Shown here piece by piece: positions 18,193 to 28,565 of a DNA stretch of 64,000 bases. The number at the start of each line of letters is the position of its first letter. The first letter of the stretch is position 1. Position numbers and translations under genes: made by a program. The stretch comes from Arcobacteraceae bacterium (GTDB lineage Bacteria > Campylobacterota > Campylobacteria > Campylobacterales > Arcobacteraceae): assembly GCA_048268245.1 (NCBI GenBank), contig JBLWVX010000008.1, positions 1-64,000 of the forward strand, given 5' to 3'. The notes beneath the pieces are model-generated. The model was not told the origin of the DNA, did no database searches, and saw only the letters and a program-made list of their open reading frames with translations.

Positions 18193-18225
18193 ATTATAAA
18201 TAACAAAGATGGAAGCAATGTGGAA
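18193..18225 (-). promoter_or_regulatory. Copper-island box plus -10 for the small protein-copZ-copA unit
   Basis: Minus strand TTCCAC-ATTGC-TTCCAT-N10-TATAAT. Confidence 0.75.
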
Positions 18226-18349
18226 TATTAATCATAATTTTAAAAAAAAATAAATTATTTTTTTAGATTTATTTGTTTTATAACAATATTTATAACTAAA
18301 ACAAGGGTTTTTATTGGTATAATTTAACATAATGCAAGAAAGGATTAAT

Positions 18350-20761
18350 ATGGAAAAGAAATCTAGCTTTGGTAAAAAGCTTTTACTTCAAGTTTTAGGT
18401 GCAACAATACTTGTTTTTTCAATTACAATGTATTTTGTATCAAGCTATTCATATAAAACATCACAACAAGATGCAGAAAAATACTTACAAGAACTGTCAG
18501 GTAAACATGCAGAAAGTATTAAAGGTCAAATTGAGCAATCAATTACTGTTACAAGAGGTTTAGCTTCAAAATTTGAACAAGCAATCAATCATGATACAAG
18601 AATGAATGAAGAAGAAACTATTGAGTATTTCAAATCTATTTTAAATTACAATAAAAGTATTATTGGGGTTTGGTTTAAAGTCAAAGAAAAAGGACAATTC
18701 TTTGATGTTTTACCAGAAGGTCAAACAAAACAAGGTTATGATAAAACAGGTCAATTTAATCCTTATGTAGTTAGATCAAAAGATTCTTATGCAGTTGATA
18801 CAGGTTCAGTTTATAACGATGATTTAGAATGGATTAGAGGTCCTAGAGAAGCTGGTAAAACTTTTATCACTAAACCATATAAATATCCTGTTGATGGAGT
18901 AGAAGTTCTTATGACAACTATTGCTTTACCTATGTATAAAGATGGTGTATTCTTAGGAACTATTGGTGTTGATATTGTACTTGACACTTTTGCAAAAATG
19001 TCAAACTCTATAAAAGTTTTTGATACAGGATATACATTTTTACTTGATAATTATGGAATTATGTTAGGACATGGAAATAAAGATTATTTAGGAAAAGATA
19101 TATTAGATATTACTAATAATTCTCAAGACTATATAAATTTATTAGAAAACTCAAAACAAAACAAATCATACTCATTTACAAAAGTATCTGAAAATACTGG
19201 AAATGAATCTTTTTACTACTCTACACCTTTTGAATTAAAAGGAACTGGTAAGTATTGGAACTTTGTTGTAATGGCACCAACGACTGAGTATTTAGGAAAT
19301 GCTATTTTTATTAGAGATTTCTCAATAATTGCAAGTATAATTGGTCTTATTTTAATAGCTGGGGTTATTTATCTATCTGTTAGAAAATTAAATACAAATC
19401 TAAGTAGTATTTCAATTGGGCTTGAAGGTTTCTTCAAATACTTAAATAAAGAATCAACTACTACAAATGAAATTACTATAAAAAGTAATGATGAATTTGG
19501 TGTAATGGCTTATTCAATCAATACAAATATTGAAAAAATTAAAGCAAACATTGAACAAGACAATTCATTAATTGAAAATGTAAAAACTGTTGTAAATACT
19601 GTAAGTCAAGGTTATTTAGATAAAAGAATTATAAACTCAACGACTACAGAATCATTAAATGAATTAAAAGAGCTTTTAAACTCTATGCTTGATACACTTG
19701 AAAGCCTTGTTGGTCAAGATTTAAATAAAATCAGTGATGTATTAGGAAGTTATACAAATAGAGACTTTACAGCTAAACTTAACTCTTCAAACTGTGGTAA
19801 GATTGGTAATGAAATTATTGAAATGAATAGAATGATAACAGGAATGCTACAAGATAGTGAAGAAGATGGTATCTCATTACAAAATAGTTCAACTGAATTA
19901 ACTCAAAATGTAAGAACATTAAGTAACAATGCAACTTCACAAGCAAGTTCACTTGAACAAACAGCTGCTTCTATTGATGAAATTACTAGTAATATTGAAC
20001 AAACTAATCAAAAAGCTCAACAAATGCTTAGTATCTCAAATGAAACAAAATCATCTGCAGCTGAGGGACAAAATCTAGCAAACCAAACTGTAAAATCAAT
20101 GGATGAAATAAATGACACAGTTGTTGCCATCAACGATGCTATTTCTGTTATTGATCAAATTGCATTCCAAACAAATATCCTTTCACTTAATGCGGCTGTA
20201 GAAGCTGCAACTGCAGGTGAAGCAGGTAAAGGGTTTGCTGTTGTTGCACAAGAAGTAAGAAACCTTGCAAGTAGATCAGCTGAAGCTGCTAAAGAGATTA
20301 AAGATTTAGTTGAAACAGCTACTATAAAAGCAAATACTGGGAAAAGAATAAGTAGTAAAATGATTGAAGGGTTTAATCAACTAGATGAAAAGATTGTAGA
20401 AACAAGTAAACTAATTGATGATGTTACACATGCAGCAAATGAGCAAACAATAGGTATGACTCAAATTGCTGATGCAGTAGGACAATTAGATCAATTTACA
20501 CAACAAAATGCTGCAATTGCGGATAAAACAAACTCTATTGCTCAAGAAACAAATACAATTGCTCAAGAAGTAGTTGAAGCTGTAAATAAAAACAATTTTG
20601 ATGGAAAAGGCACAGCTAAAGTAAAACAACCTATTTTTGACTCATCAGCCATTGAAATAAAAGAAGTAAAACCAATTAAGGTTAAAAAAACTACTCCTTC
20701 AAATAATACAACAATAAAAAGTAATACAAATAGTTCAGATGATGAATGGGAAAGTTTCTAA
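18350..20761 (+). CDS. Methyl-accepting chemotaxis protein with dCache sensor
   Basis: Two TMs, Cache region (ITKPYKY, GTIGVD), [31 protein letters not shown]-terminal WESF; ATG 18350 with AAGGA SD. Confidence 0.95.
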   Translation: MEKKSSFGKKLLLQVLGATILVFSITMYFVSSYSYKTSQQDAEKYLQELSGKHAESIKGQIEQSITVTRGLASKFEQAINHDTRMNEEETIEYFKSILNYNKSIIGVWFKVKEKGQFFDVLPEGQTKQGYDKTGQFNPYVVRSKDSYAVDTGSVYNDDLEWIRGPREAGKTFITKPYKYPVDGVEVLMTTIALPMYKDGVFLGTIGVDIVLDTFAKMSNSIKVFDTGYTFLLDNYGIMLGHGNKDYLGKDILDITNNSQDYINLLENSKQNKSYSFTKVSENTGNESFYYSTPFELKGTGKYWNFVVMAPTTEYLGNAIFIRDFSIIASIIGLILIAGVIYLSVRKLNTNLSSISIGLEGFFKYLNKESTTTNEITIKSNDEFGVMAYSINTNIEKIKANIEQDNSLIENVKTVVNTVSQGYLDKRIINSTTTESLNELKELLNSMLDTLESLVGQDLNKISDVLGSYTNRDFTAKLNSSNCGKIGNEIIEMNRMITGMLQDSEEDGISLQNSSTELTQNVRTLSNNATSQASSLEQTAASIDEITSNIEQTNQKAQQMLSISNETKSSAAEGQNLANQTVKSMDEINDTVVAINDAISVIDQIAFQTNILSLNAAVEAATAGEAGKGFAVVAQEVRNLASRSAEAAKEIKDLVETATIKANTGKRISSKMIEGFNQLDEKIVETSKLIDDVTHAANEQTIGMTQIADAVGQLDQFTQQNAAIADKTNSIAQETNTIAQEVVEAVNKNNFDGKGTAKVKQPIFDSSAIEIKEVKPIKVKKTTPSNNTTIKSNTNSSDDEWESF

Positions 20762-20764
20762 AAT

Positions 20765-20801
20765 AAAAAAGCCTTAGATACAATCTATCTAAGGCTTTTT
20801 T
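20765..20801. terminator. Bidirectional intrinsic terminator
   Basis: aaaaaagccttagata / tatctaaggctttttt between convergent genes. Confidence 0.88.
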
Positions 20802-20820
20802 ATATAGTAAGAAAAAGTGA

Positions 20821-21087
20821 CTAGTATTGTCTTCTAGGTCTTTCTTCTCTTGGCTTAGCTTCATTAACTCTTAAAGTTCTACCTTGACAATCATTACCAT
20901 TTAATGCTTCAATTGCTTCACTTCCAGCTTGTGCTGTTTGCATTTCAACGAAACCAAAACCTTTTGATCTTCCAGTTTCTCTATCCATGATAACTTTTGC
21001 ACTTTTTACTTCGCCAAATTTAGCAAAAACTTCTTCTAAATCCTTATCTGCCATTTGGTATGACAGATTTCCAACATAAATGTTCAT
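20821..21087 (-). CDS. RRM RNA-binding protein
   Basis: IYVGNL (RNP2) and KGFGFVEM (RNP1). Confidence 0.95.
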   Translation of the reverse strand: MNIYVGNLSYQMADKDLEEVFAKFGEVKSAKVIMDRETGRSKGFGFVEMQTAQAGSEAIEALNGNDCQGRTLRVNEAKPREERPRRQY

Positions 21088-21155
21088 CTTAATTCTTCCT
21101 TTATTTAAGTATAAACATTATGCCCTATTATGAAATAATAATCAAGTAAAGAGAA

Positions 21156-22565
21156 CTACTCTTTTCCAAAATTTTGTGCTATTGCATTGTTTATTCTAGT
21201 TTTTACTTCATCAAATCCTAAAATTGCCATAATATCATATACAGAAGGAGCTTGTGTACCACCTGTTAAAGCAATTCTAATTGGTTGGAATAATTGAGGG
21301 AACTTTAAACCATTCTCTTCTATATAAGGTTTTGTTACAAGTTCATAATCAGGTGCTACATGTAAACTATCTTTATTTGCTTCTAATAAAGCTAAATAGT
21401 TTTCTAACATCTCAATTGTTCCCTCTTTTACAAACTTCTTAGAACCTTTTGCTTCATAAGATGAAGGAACTTGTACAATTTTATCAATTGCTTCTTTTAA
21501 CTCAATCAAAGTTTGAGCTCTCTCTTTTGATAAGTCTAATAGCATCTCTTTCTTATCATGACCTTCTAAATTACATCCAAAGTACTCTAATTCTTTTGCT
21601 AATCTATCATTTGATACGTTTTTAATATAATGAGCATTTAACCATAAAAGTTTTTCTGCATTATATGCTGATGCTGATTTATTAATATTATTGGGATCAA
21701 ATAGTTCTAACATTTCATCCATAGAGAAAATTTCTTGATCTCCATTTGACCATCCAAGTCTAACTAAAAAGTTTAGTAGTGCTTCTGGTAAATATCCATC
21801 TTCTTTATACTGCATAACATCCATAGCACCATCTCTTTTTGATAGTTTCTTACCTTGAGGGTTATTAATCATTGGCATATGATAAAATTTTGGTACATCA
21901 AAACCTAAAGCATTATAAATTACGATTTGTTTTGGAGTATTTGATACATGGTCATCACCTCTTAATACATCACTTATTCCCATCAAGTGATCATCAATAG
22001 CAACAACAAAGTTATAAATAGGCATACCATTACTTCTTGCAATTACAAAATCATCAACTTGAGAGGCATCAAAACTCATCTTTCCTTTTACACCGTCTTC
22101 AAATTCAATTTTTCCCTCTGTAGGAGCTTTAATTCTAATAACTGGTTCTACATCAGCAGGAATTTCAGGTAATACTTTACCTTCTTCTGGTCTCCATGTT
22201 CCATCATATCTAGGATTTTGCTTAGCTGCTTCTTGTTTTGCTCGCAAGGCATCTAGCTCATCTCTACTCATATAACATTTATATGCTTTACCCTCTTCTA
22301 ATAATTGAGCGATATATTTTTTGTAAATATCTATTCTTTTTGATTGATACTCTATTTCACAGTCACTTGGCATTCCAACCCACTCAAAAGCTTCTAAAAT
22401 AGCTCTTACTGCATCTTCATTATTTCTTGCATTATCTGTATCTTCAATTCTTAATTTAAACTCACCACCAGTTTTTTTAGCCCATAAATAGCTATATAAA
22501 GCTGTTCTTAGACCTCCAATATGTAAATATCCTGTTGGGCTTGGTGCAAATCTTGTAATTGCCAT
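21156..22565 (-). CDS. gltX: Glutamate--tRNA ligase
   Basis: RFAPSPTGYLHIGG, KLSKR. Confidence 0.97.
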   Translation of the reverse strand: MAITRFAPSPTGYLHIGGLRTALYSYLWAKKTGGEFKLRIEDTDNARNNEDAVRAILEAFEWVGMPSDCEIEYQSKRIDIYKKYIAQLLEEGKAYKCYMSRDELDALRAKQEAAKQNPRYDGTWRPEEGKVLPEIPADVEPVIRIKAPTEGKIEFEDGVKGKMSFDASQVDDFVIARSNGMPIYNFVVAIDDHLMGISDVLRGDDHVSNTPKQIVIYNALGFDVPKFYHMPMINNPQGKKLSKRDGAMDVMQYKEDGYLPEALLNFLVRLGWSNGDQEIFSMDEMLELFDPNNINKSASAYNAEKLLWLNAHYIKNVSNDRLAKELEYFGCNLEGHDKKEMLLDLSKERAQTLIELKEAIDKIVQVPSSYEAKGSKKFVKEGTIEMLENYLALLEANKDSLHVAPDYELVTKPYIEENGLKFPQLFQPIRIALTGGTQAPSVYDIMAILGFDEVKTRINNAIAQNFGKE

Positions 22566-22571
22566 TTTAAA

Positions 22572-22679
22572 TTAATTCTCCTCTTCTTTATCTTCTTTAT
22601 TACTTATATAAAAACCTATTGCTGAAACTACTACCACTACTACTATAAAAGTTAAAAGTGCTATCTCAAGTGTTGCCAT
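22572..22679 (-). CDS. 35-aa single-TM small protein (absent from ORF track)
   Basis: MATLEIALLTFIVVVVVVSAIGFYISNKEDKEEEN; AAGGA SD; overlaps the rlmN end and stops 6 nt before the gltX start. Confidence 0.7.
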   Translation of the reverse strand: MATLEIALLTFIVVVVVVSAIGFYISNKEDKEEEN

Positions 22680-23748
22680 TTGTTTCCTTTTCTTTTAACT
22701 GCCCACATGCAGCTGAAATATCAAGCCCCTTTGACTCTCTTATAGTACAAATAAGTCCCCTATCGTTTAAAAAGTCTTTGAATTTTATCATATCTTTTTC
22801 TTCTGGTCGCTGATATGTAGTTCCTGGATATGGATTAAAGTAAATTAAATTTACTTTTGCATGAATTCCATTTAATAAAACAAGTAGTTTTCTTGCTGCT
22901 TCAATAGAATCATTTTTACCTTTTATTACAAGATATTCAAACATAACTTTTTTTCTTGTATCAACTGGGAATTTTTTAACTGCATCAATAATTGAAGCAA
23001 TATTATAAGCTTTATTCATAGGAATAAGTTCACTTCTTAAGTCATCATCAACAGCATGTAAAGAAATAGCAAGTTGTATTCCTAAATCTTTTTCACCAAG
23101 TTTTTCAATTTTTGAAGCAATCCCTGATGTTGAAACTGTTTGTCTTCTTCTATTTATAGATAAACCATCTTCTTCTGAGAATATTTCAACAGCTTTAGTA
23201 AAGTTATTGAAATTATCAAGAGGTTCACCCATTCCCATATATACTATGTTTAAAGACTTATTTTCAGGAATATCATTATCTCTTTTGATATTTACAATTT
23301 GAGCTATATACTCTCCAACAGTAAGGTTTCTTACAAATCCACCTTTAGCTGTAAGACAGAAAGTACACCCTACTTTACATCCTACTTGTGAAGAAATACA
23401 AACTGTATACTGCTCACTTCTTTGGATATTTCCATCTTCATCAATTTTTTTCTTTTTCATTAAAAGAAGTACAGCCTCAACTGTATGACCATCTCTTAAT
23501 TTAAATAGATATTTAATACTTCCATCTCTACTTTGTTCTTTTTTTACAATTTCCATAATATCTATTGGATATTCATTTTGTAATGTTTGCTTTAAGTCAT
23601 TAGGAATATTTTTCATTTCATCATATGATGAAGCATAGTTTTTATATAACCAGTTATATACTTGTTTTGCTCTAAATGCTGGTTTTAAAGTCTCTTTTAA
23701 TTCATCTAAAGTAAAGTCATATATAGATGGTTCTGCAAATTTTGACAT
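22666..23748 (-). CDS. rlmN: 23S rRNA/tRNA m2A methyltransferase
   Basis: CISSQVGCKVGCTFC, MGMGEPL, AACGQL. Confidence 0.97.
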   Translation of the reverse strand: MSKFAEPSIYDFTLDELKETLKPAFRAKQVYNWLYKNYASSYDEMKNIPNDLKQTLQNEYPIDIMEIVKKEQSRDGSIKYLFKLRDGHTVEAVLLLMKKKKIDEDGNIQRSEQYTVCISSQVGCKVGCTFCLTAKGGFVRNLTVGEYIAQIVNIKRDNDIPENKSLNIVYMGMGEPLDNFNNFTKAVEIFSEEDGLSINRRRQTVSTSGIASKIEKLGEKDLGIQLAISLHAVDDDLRSELIPMNKAYNIASIIDAVKKFPVDTRKKVMFEYLVIKGKNDSIEAARKLLVLLNGIHAKVNLIYFNPYPGTTYQRPEEKDMIKFKDFLNDRGLICTIRESKGLDISAACGQLKEKETNGNT

Positions 23749-23759
23749 ATTTTCTACTC

Positions 23760-24296
23760 TTATTTTATAATTTGTTTTTCTACTAAATAATTAGTTAATT
23801 TTTCCATTGCTACCTTATGATTTTTCATAAAGTCTTCATGGGCATTTTTATCTGTAAAGTTAGTAACTGCAAAGATACCAGCAACAGGGATTTCAAACTG
23901 CTTTGCAACTTGAAGTACAGAGAAGTACTCCATGTTTTCAATACCAATACCATACTCTTTAAAGTTTTTTGTAAGTTCACTGTTTGTTGAAATATAGTTT
24001 GATGAGTTCACAATAGTATCATTTCTAGCAAACTTATTTTCTGATTCTAAAACATTATCTAAAGGAGTGTATGAACTATTTGTTAAAAAACTTAGTTCAA
24101 TATTTGAAGCTCTTTTAGATTCAACTATATCAAATATTTTATGCTCACCATACGAACCTGCACTTCCTATAAATAGTAAAAAATCAGGCTTATCAAATAA
24201 ACATTGTCTTGTAAGATTTATAGCAGACTCTACAAGCCCTACTCCAATTGGTGTTGCAAAAGGAAATACTTCATTTCTTCCAGCACATATAATCAT
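23760..24296 (-). CDS. Nucleoside phosphorylase/nucleosidase (PNP_UDP_1) family protein
   Basis: FIGSAGS, ENME, AVTN motifs. Confidence 0.75.
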   Translation of the reverse strand: MIICAGRNEVFPFATPIGVGLVESAINLTRQCLFDKPDFLLFIGSAGSYGEHKIFDIVESKRASNIELSFLTNSSYTPLDNVLESENKFARNDTIVNSSNYISTNSELTKNFKEYGIGIENMEYFSVLQVAKQFEIPVAGIFAVTNFTDKNAHEDFMKNHKVAMEKLTNYLVEKQIIK

Positions 24297-24983
24297 TTAT
24301 TTACACTCCATTAAAAAGTTTGGGTTTAAAGAAATAGTTTTATCACTATTTACAGGGGCTAAATCTGAAGCAGCTTTTGCACTCATTGGCATAGCTTCAC
24401 TTCTTAAAAAATTGTTTCTAGAAATATTGTTTATATTAATATTCTTTACTTCACAGTTTTTTAAAAGTTTTGTACTTAAAGTTTTACTATATTTACTTGC
24501 CCAAGTAATAACTTCTATTCTTAATAAATCAACTGATTTTTCATATAACTCTTCACTTATTTTCCAAGATAAGTTTGAAATATTTACTTTTACTTTTCTT
24601 GTATCAACTCTTTTCTTTAAAGCGATTAAGTCCTCAATAAATTTATTGATTTTTTTAGCATCAGTTGATTGAATTTCATACCTTAAAGTTCCCACATACC
24701 CCATAAACTCTTGTTTATTTTTATAGTATCTATATTTTGGGTTTAAAATATATGAACCATTTTTCTTAATAACACTATCATTATCTTTTATAAAATTGTT
24801 AAATCTATCTATATTATTATTTATAAAGTTTTCATCATCCCCTTCAACATTTACAGAAATAAATGTCTTTAACACATCAGGAGTTACTACACTTGAAAAC
24901 TTTTTATTAAAACTTATATCATATGCAAATAATTGTAATGGTAATAAAGTAAATATTGCTATTATCATCATTTTTCTTATCAT
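24297..24983 (-). CDS. SIMPL (DUF541)-like periplasmic protein
   Basis: Signal peptide, VVTPD, LNPKY..GY pattern. Confidence 0.6.
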   Translation of the reverse strand: MIRKMMIIAIFTLLPLQLFAYDISFNKKFSSVVTPDVLKTFISVNVEGDDENFINNNIDRFNNFIKDNDSVIKKNGSYILNPKYRYYKNKQEFMGYVGTLRYEIQSTDAKKINKFIEDLIALKKRVDTRKVKVNISNLSWKISEELYEKSVDLLRIEVITWASKYSKTLSTKLLKNCEVKNININNISRNNFLRSEAMPMSAKAASDLAPVNSDKTISLNPNFLMECK

Positions 24984-24985
24984 AA

Positions 24986-25747
24986 TTAAATCCTTACGGG
25001 AATATTGTTATCTCTTAAATATCTTTTTAAATCCATAATATCAATCTCTTTGAAATGGAAAATTGATGCAGCTAATGCAGCACTTGCTCCATGATCAAAA
25101 GCCTCTTTCATATGCTCCATAGTTCCAGCTCCACCACTTGCAATAACAGGAATATCAACTAATGATGATACTTGCTCTGTAATATTAAGCTCAAAGCCTG
25201 TTTTAGCTCCATCTGTGTCCATAGAAGTTAATAGGATTTCACCAGCTCCTCTATCGTAAACCTCTTTAGCCCATTGCAATGCGTCAATTCCAGTATCTTC
25301 TCTACCACCTTTTACAAAAACATGGTAAGAGCCATCTTCTACTTTCTTAACATCTATTGCAACTACAATACACTGAGAACCGAATCTCTTTGCACCTTCA
25401 TTGATAAAATCAGGGTTTGTAACAGCTGAAGAGTTGATTGAAACTTTATCACAACCAACATTTAAAAGTTTATAAATATCATCTAGTTTTCTAATCCCAC
25501 CACCAACTGTTAAGGGAATAAAAACCTCTTTTGCTACTTCTTTTACTATATCAACTATAGTTCCTCTATTTTCATGACTTGCTGTAATATCTAAAAATGT
25601 AATCTCATCAGCACCTTCATTGTTGTACCTTTTAGCTACTTCTACAGGATCACCCGCATCTCTTAAACCTACAAAGTTTACACCTTTTACTACTCTTCCG
25701 TTATCAACATCCAAACATGGTATTATTCTTTTTGCAAAATTACTCAA
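24986..25747 (-). CDS. hisF: Imidazole glycerol phosphate synthase cyclase subunit
   Basis: [10 protein letters not shown]...VVKGVNF; likely TTG start at 25747 with AAGGA SD. Confidence 0.97.
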   Translation of the reverse strand: MSNFAKRIIPCLDVDNGRVVKGVNFVGLRDAGDPVEVAKRYNNEGADEITFLDITASHENRGTIVDIVKEVAKEVFIPLTVGGGIRKLDDIYKLLNVGCDKVSINSSAVTNPDFINEGAKRFGSQCIVVAIDVKKVEDGSYHVFVKGGREDTGIDALQWAKEVYDRGAGEILLTSMDTDGAKTGFELNITEQVSSLVDIPVIASGGAGTMEHMKEAFDHGASAALAASIFHFKEIDIMDLKRYLRDNNIPVRI

Positions 25748-25820
25748 ATAAATTCCTTTACTATAACTAGTAATTATCTTATCTAATTGTAAGTTAAAAA
25801 CAGATATACTCTTCGGAATA

Positions 25821-26615
25821 ATGGAAAAAGTAAAAGCAAAGAAAAAATACGGACAAAATTTTTTAATAGATTCATCGATTTTAGGAAAGATCATCCAATC
25901 GATGCCCAATAACAGTAATCACGTTGTAGAAATTGGGCCTGGATTAGGTGATTTGACTAAATACTTAGTCAAGTACAAAGATACAACTGCTTATGAAGTA
26001 GATACCGATCTAATTGGTATTTTAGAATCGAAATTTAAAGAGCAAATAGAGCAGGGGAAACTAAAACTGATCCACACTGACGTTTTAGAGGCTTGGGATA
26101 AGCAAGGAACCCTGTATGATGGTAAATATGACATGATTGCAAACTTGCCATACTATATTGCAACAAATATTATATTAAGAGCGTTAGAAGATAACAACTG
26201 TGAACATATCATGGTAATGATTCAAAAAGAGGTTGCTTTAAAATTTACTTCAAAAGTAAATGATAAAGAGTACTCATCTTTAGGGATTATAAGCGAGCTT
26301 TTATCAATTGAGTCAAGGATACTATTTGATGTACCTCCTGAATCATTTGATCCTCCACCAAAAGTTATGTCTTCTATACTTTATATAAAAAAAGATATGA
26401 GTAAATCTATTGATAAGGAATTTAAAAAGTTTTTAAAATCTTGTTTTACACAACCAAGAAAAAAGCTTTCAAAAAACCTATCATCAGTATTTGACAAACA
26501 AACTCTGTCTTCTATATATGAAGAGCTAGAAATAGATTCTAATATAAGACCTCATGAAGTTAGTTCATCTTTGTATAGCCAAATGTATACAAAGGTTAAA
26601 AATGGAAGAGACTAA
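25821..26615 (+). CDS. rsmA: 16S rRNA dimethyladenosine transferase
   Basis: [21 protein letters not shown]. Confidence 0.96.
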   Translation: MEKVKAKKKYGQNFLIDSSILGKIIQSMPNNSNHVVEIGPGLGDLTKYLVKYKDTTAYEVDTDLIGILESKFKEQIEQGKLKLIHTDVLEAWDKQGTLYDGKYDMIANLPYYIATNIILRALEDNNCEHIMVMIQKEVALKFTSKVNDKEYSSLGIISELLSIESRILFDVPPESFDPPPKVMSSILYIKKDMSKSIDKEFKKFLKSCFTQPRKKLSKNLSSVFDKQTLSSIYEELEIDSNIRPHEVSSSLYSQMYTKVKNGRD

Positions 26616-28545
26616 GCACGAAGAAACTAAGCACGAAGAAACTGTTGTAGCAAAAGAAGAAACTAAATCTGAAGAGAATACTTCAGAAGAAAACAAATCT
26701 GCTCCTAAAAATCAAGAAAAAAAAGAACAAAGAAAACCAAATCCACAAAATAAAAAAAGAAAACCTAGGCCAAAACAGCCATTAAAAGGTCAAGGATGGG
26801 TAAATGATCTTAAGAAAGCACATGCTATCAATGAAAAAATTCAAAAAGATAGATTAAATCCACACTATAAATTAAATCTAAATACTAGTGCCAAAGTTAG
26901 AATTACTCCACTTGGAGGATTAGGTGAAATTGGTGGTAATATGATGGTAATGGAGACTGATAAGTCTGCAATTATTATTGATGTTGGTATGAGTTTCCCT
27001 GATGATGATATGCATGGTGTTGATATTTTAATACCTGATTTTACTTACATTAGACAAATCAAAGATAAAATTGCTGGTATTGTTATTACTCACGGTCACG
27101 AAGATCATATTGGTGCAATGCCTTATTTATTTAAAGAAATGCAATTCCCTGTTTATGGAACATCATTACCATTAGAAATGATTGGTTCAAAATTTGATGA
27201 ACATAAAATGAGAGAACATAGAAAACTATTTAGAGCTATTCAAAAAAGAACACCTATCAAAATAGGGGACTTTGAAGTTGAGTGGATGCATATTACTCAC
27301 TCTATTATTGATTCGTCTGCTATTGCTGTTACAACTGAAGCTGGTACGATTATTCACACAGGTGACTTTAAAATTGACCACACTCCAATTGATGGATACC
27401 CAACTGACTTACATAGATTAGCTCATTATGGGGAGAAGGGTGTTTTATTATTAACATCTGATTCAACTAACTCTCATTCACCAGGTTTTACAAAAACTGA
27501 AAAAACTGTTGGACCAACATTTGAAAGAATTTTTGCAAGTGCAAAAGGAAGAGTTATTATGTCAACATTCTCTTCAAATATTCATAGAGTTTCTCAAGCA
27601 ATTGAAAAAGGTTTAAAATACAATAGAAAAATCTGTGTTATTGGAAGATCAATGGAGAAAAACCTTGATTTAGCAATGAGTTTAGGTTATATCAAATTCC
27701 CTAAAGATCAATTTATTGATCCACATGAAGTAAATAAATATAAAGATGATGAAGTACTAATTGTTACGACTGGTTCTCAGGGTGAATCAATGTCAGCACT
27801 TTATAGAATGGCTATTCACGAGCATAGACATATTAAGATTAAACCAACTGATCAAATTATTTTATCAGCAAAAGCAATTCCTGGAAATGAAGGAAGTGTA
27901 TCTGGTATCATTAATCACTTATTAAAAGCTGGTGCAAAAGTTGCTTATCAAGATTATGCAGATATTCACGTTTCAGGTCATGCTGCACAAGAAGAGCAAA
28001 AACTAATGCTAAGACTTGTTAAACCAAAATTCTTTATGCCAGTTCATGGTGAATATAATCATGCACTTAAACATGGTCAAACTGGTATTGACTGTGGTAT
28101 TTTAGAAAGAAACTTATATATTATGAGTGATGGTGAACAAGTAGAAGTATCACCTAAATATCTTAAGAAAGTAAAAACTGTTAAAACAGGTAAAGTTTAC
28201 ATTGATAACCAATTAAATCACAAAATTTCTGATGATATTGTAATTGATAGACAAACTATGGCAAACGAGGGTGTTGTTATGATTGTTGCACAAATCAATG
28301 AAAATGATAGAACTTTAGCACAAAAACCAAAAGTAGCTTCATTTGGTCTTGTTCCTGATAAACAAGATAGATTCTTTGCAAAAGAGATTGAAGACTTATT
28401 AAATACATTCTTAGTAAATGCTAAACCTGGTATCTTTAAAAATACTAGAGTTTTAGAAGATGAATTAAGAAAAGTAGTAAGAAAACACTGTATTAGAAAA
28501 TACAAAAAATATCCTATGATTGTTCCAACAGTATTTGTACAATAA
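26602..28545 (+). CDS. rnj: Ribonuclease J
   Basis: PLGGLGEIGGN, THGHEDHIG, HVSGHA, PVHGEY; ATG 26602. Confidence 0.96.
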   Translation: MEETKHEETKHEETVVAKEETKSEENTSEENKSAPKNQEKKEQRKPNPQNKKRKPRPKQPLKGQGWVNDLKKAHAINEKIQKDRLNPHYKLNLNTSAKVRITPLGGLGEIGGNMMVMETDKSAIIIDVGMSFPDDDMHGVDILIPDFTYIRQIKDKIAGIVITHGHEDHIGAMPYLFKEMQFPVYGTSLPLEMIGSKFDEHKMREHRKLFRAIQKRTPIKIGDFEVEWMHITHSIIDSSAIAVTTEAGTIIHTGDFKIDHTPIDGYPTDLHRLAHYGEKGVLLLTSDSTNSHSPGFTKTEKTVGPTFERIFASAKGRVIMSTFSSNIHRVSQAIEKGLKYNRKICVIGRSMEKNLDLAMSLGYIKFPKDQFIDPHEVNKYKDDEVLIVTTGSQGESMSALYRMAIHEHRHIKIKPTDQIILSAKAIPGNEGSVSGIINHLLKAGAKVAYQDYADIHVSGHAAQEEQKLMLRLVKPKFFMPVHGEYNHALKHGQTGIDCGILERNLYIMSDGEQVEVSPKYLKKVKTVKTGKVYIDNQLNHKISDDIVIDRQTMANEGVVMIVAQINENDRTLAQKPKVASFGLVPDKQDRFFAKEIEDLLNTFLVNAKPGIFKNTRVLEDELRKVVRKHCIRKYKKYPMIVPTVFVQ

Positions 28546-28565
28546 TAATTAAGGAGTAGGGCAAT

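Noticed and set aside
24067..24672. 201-aa plus-strand ORF and the other long antisense ORFs in the track
   Set aside because: Lie opposite well-supported genes and show no recognisable motifs.
25748..25909. N-terminal extension of hisF in the ORF track
   Set aside because: Overlaps divergent rsmA; HisF similarity begins at TTG 25747, which has an SD.
26605..26643. ETKHE duplication at the RNase J N-terminus
   Set aside because: Short duplication in a low-complexity extension; no sign of a separate function.
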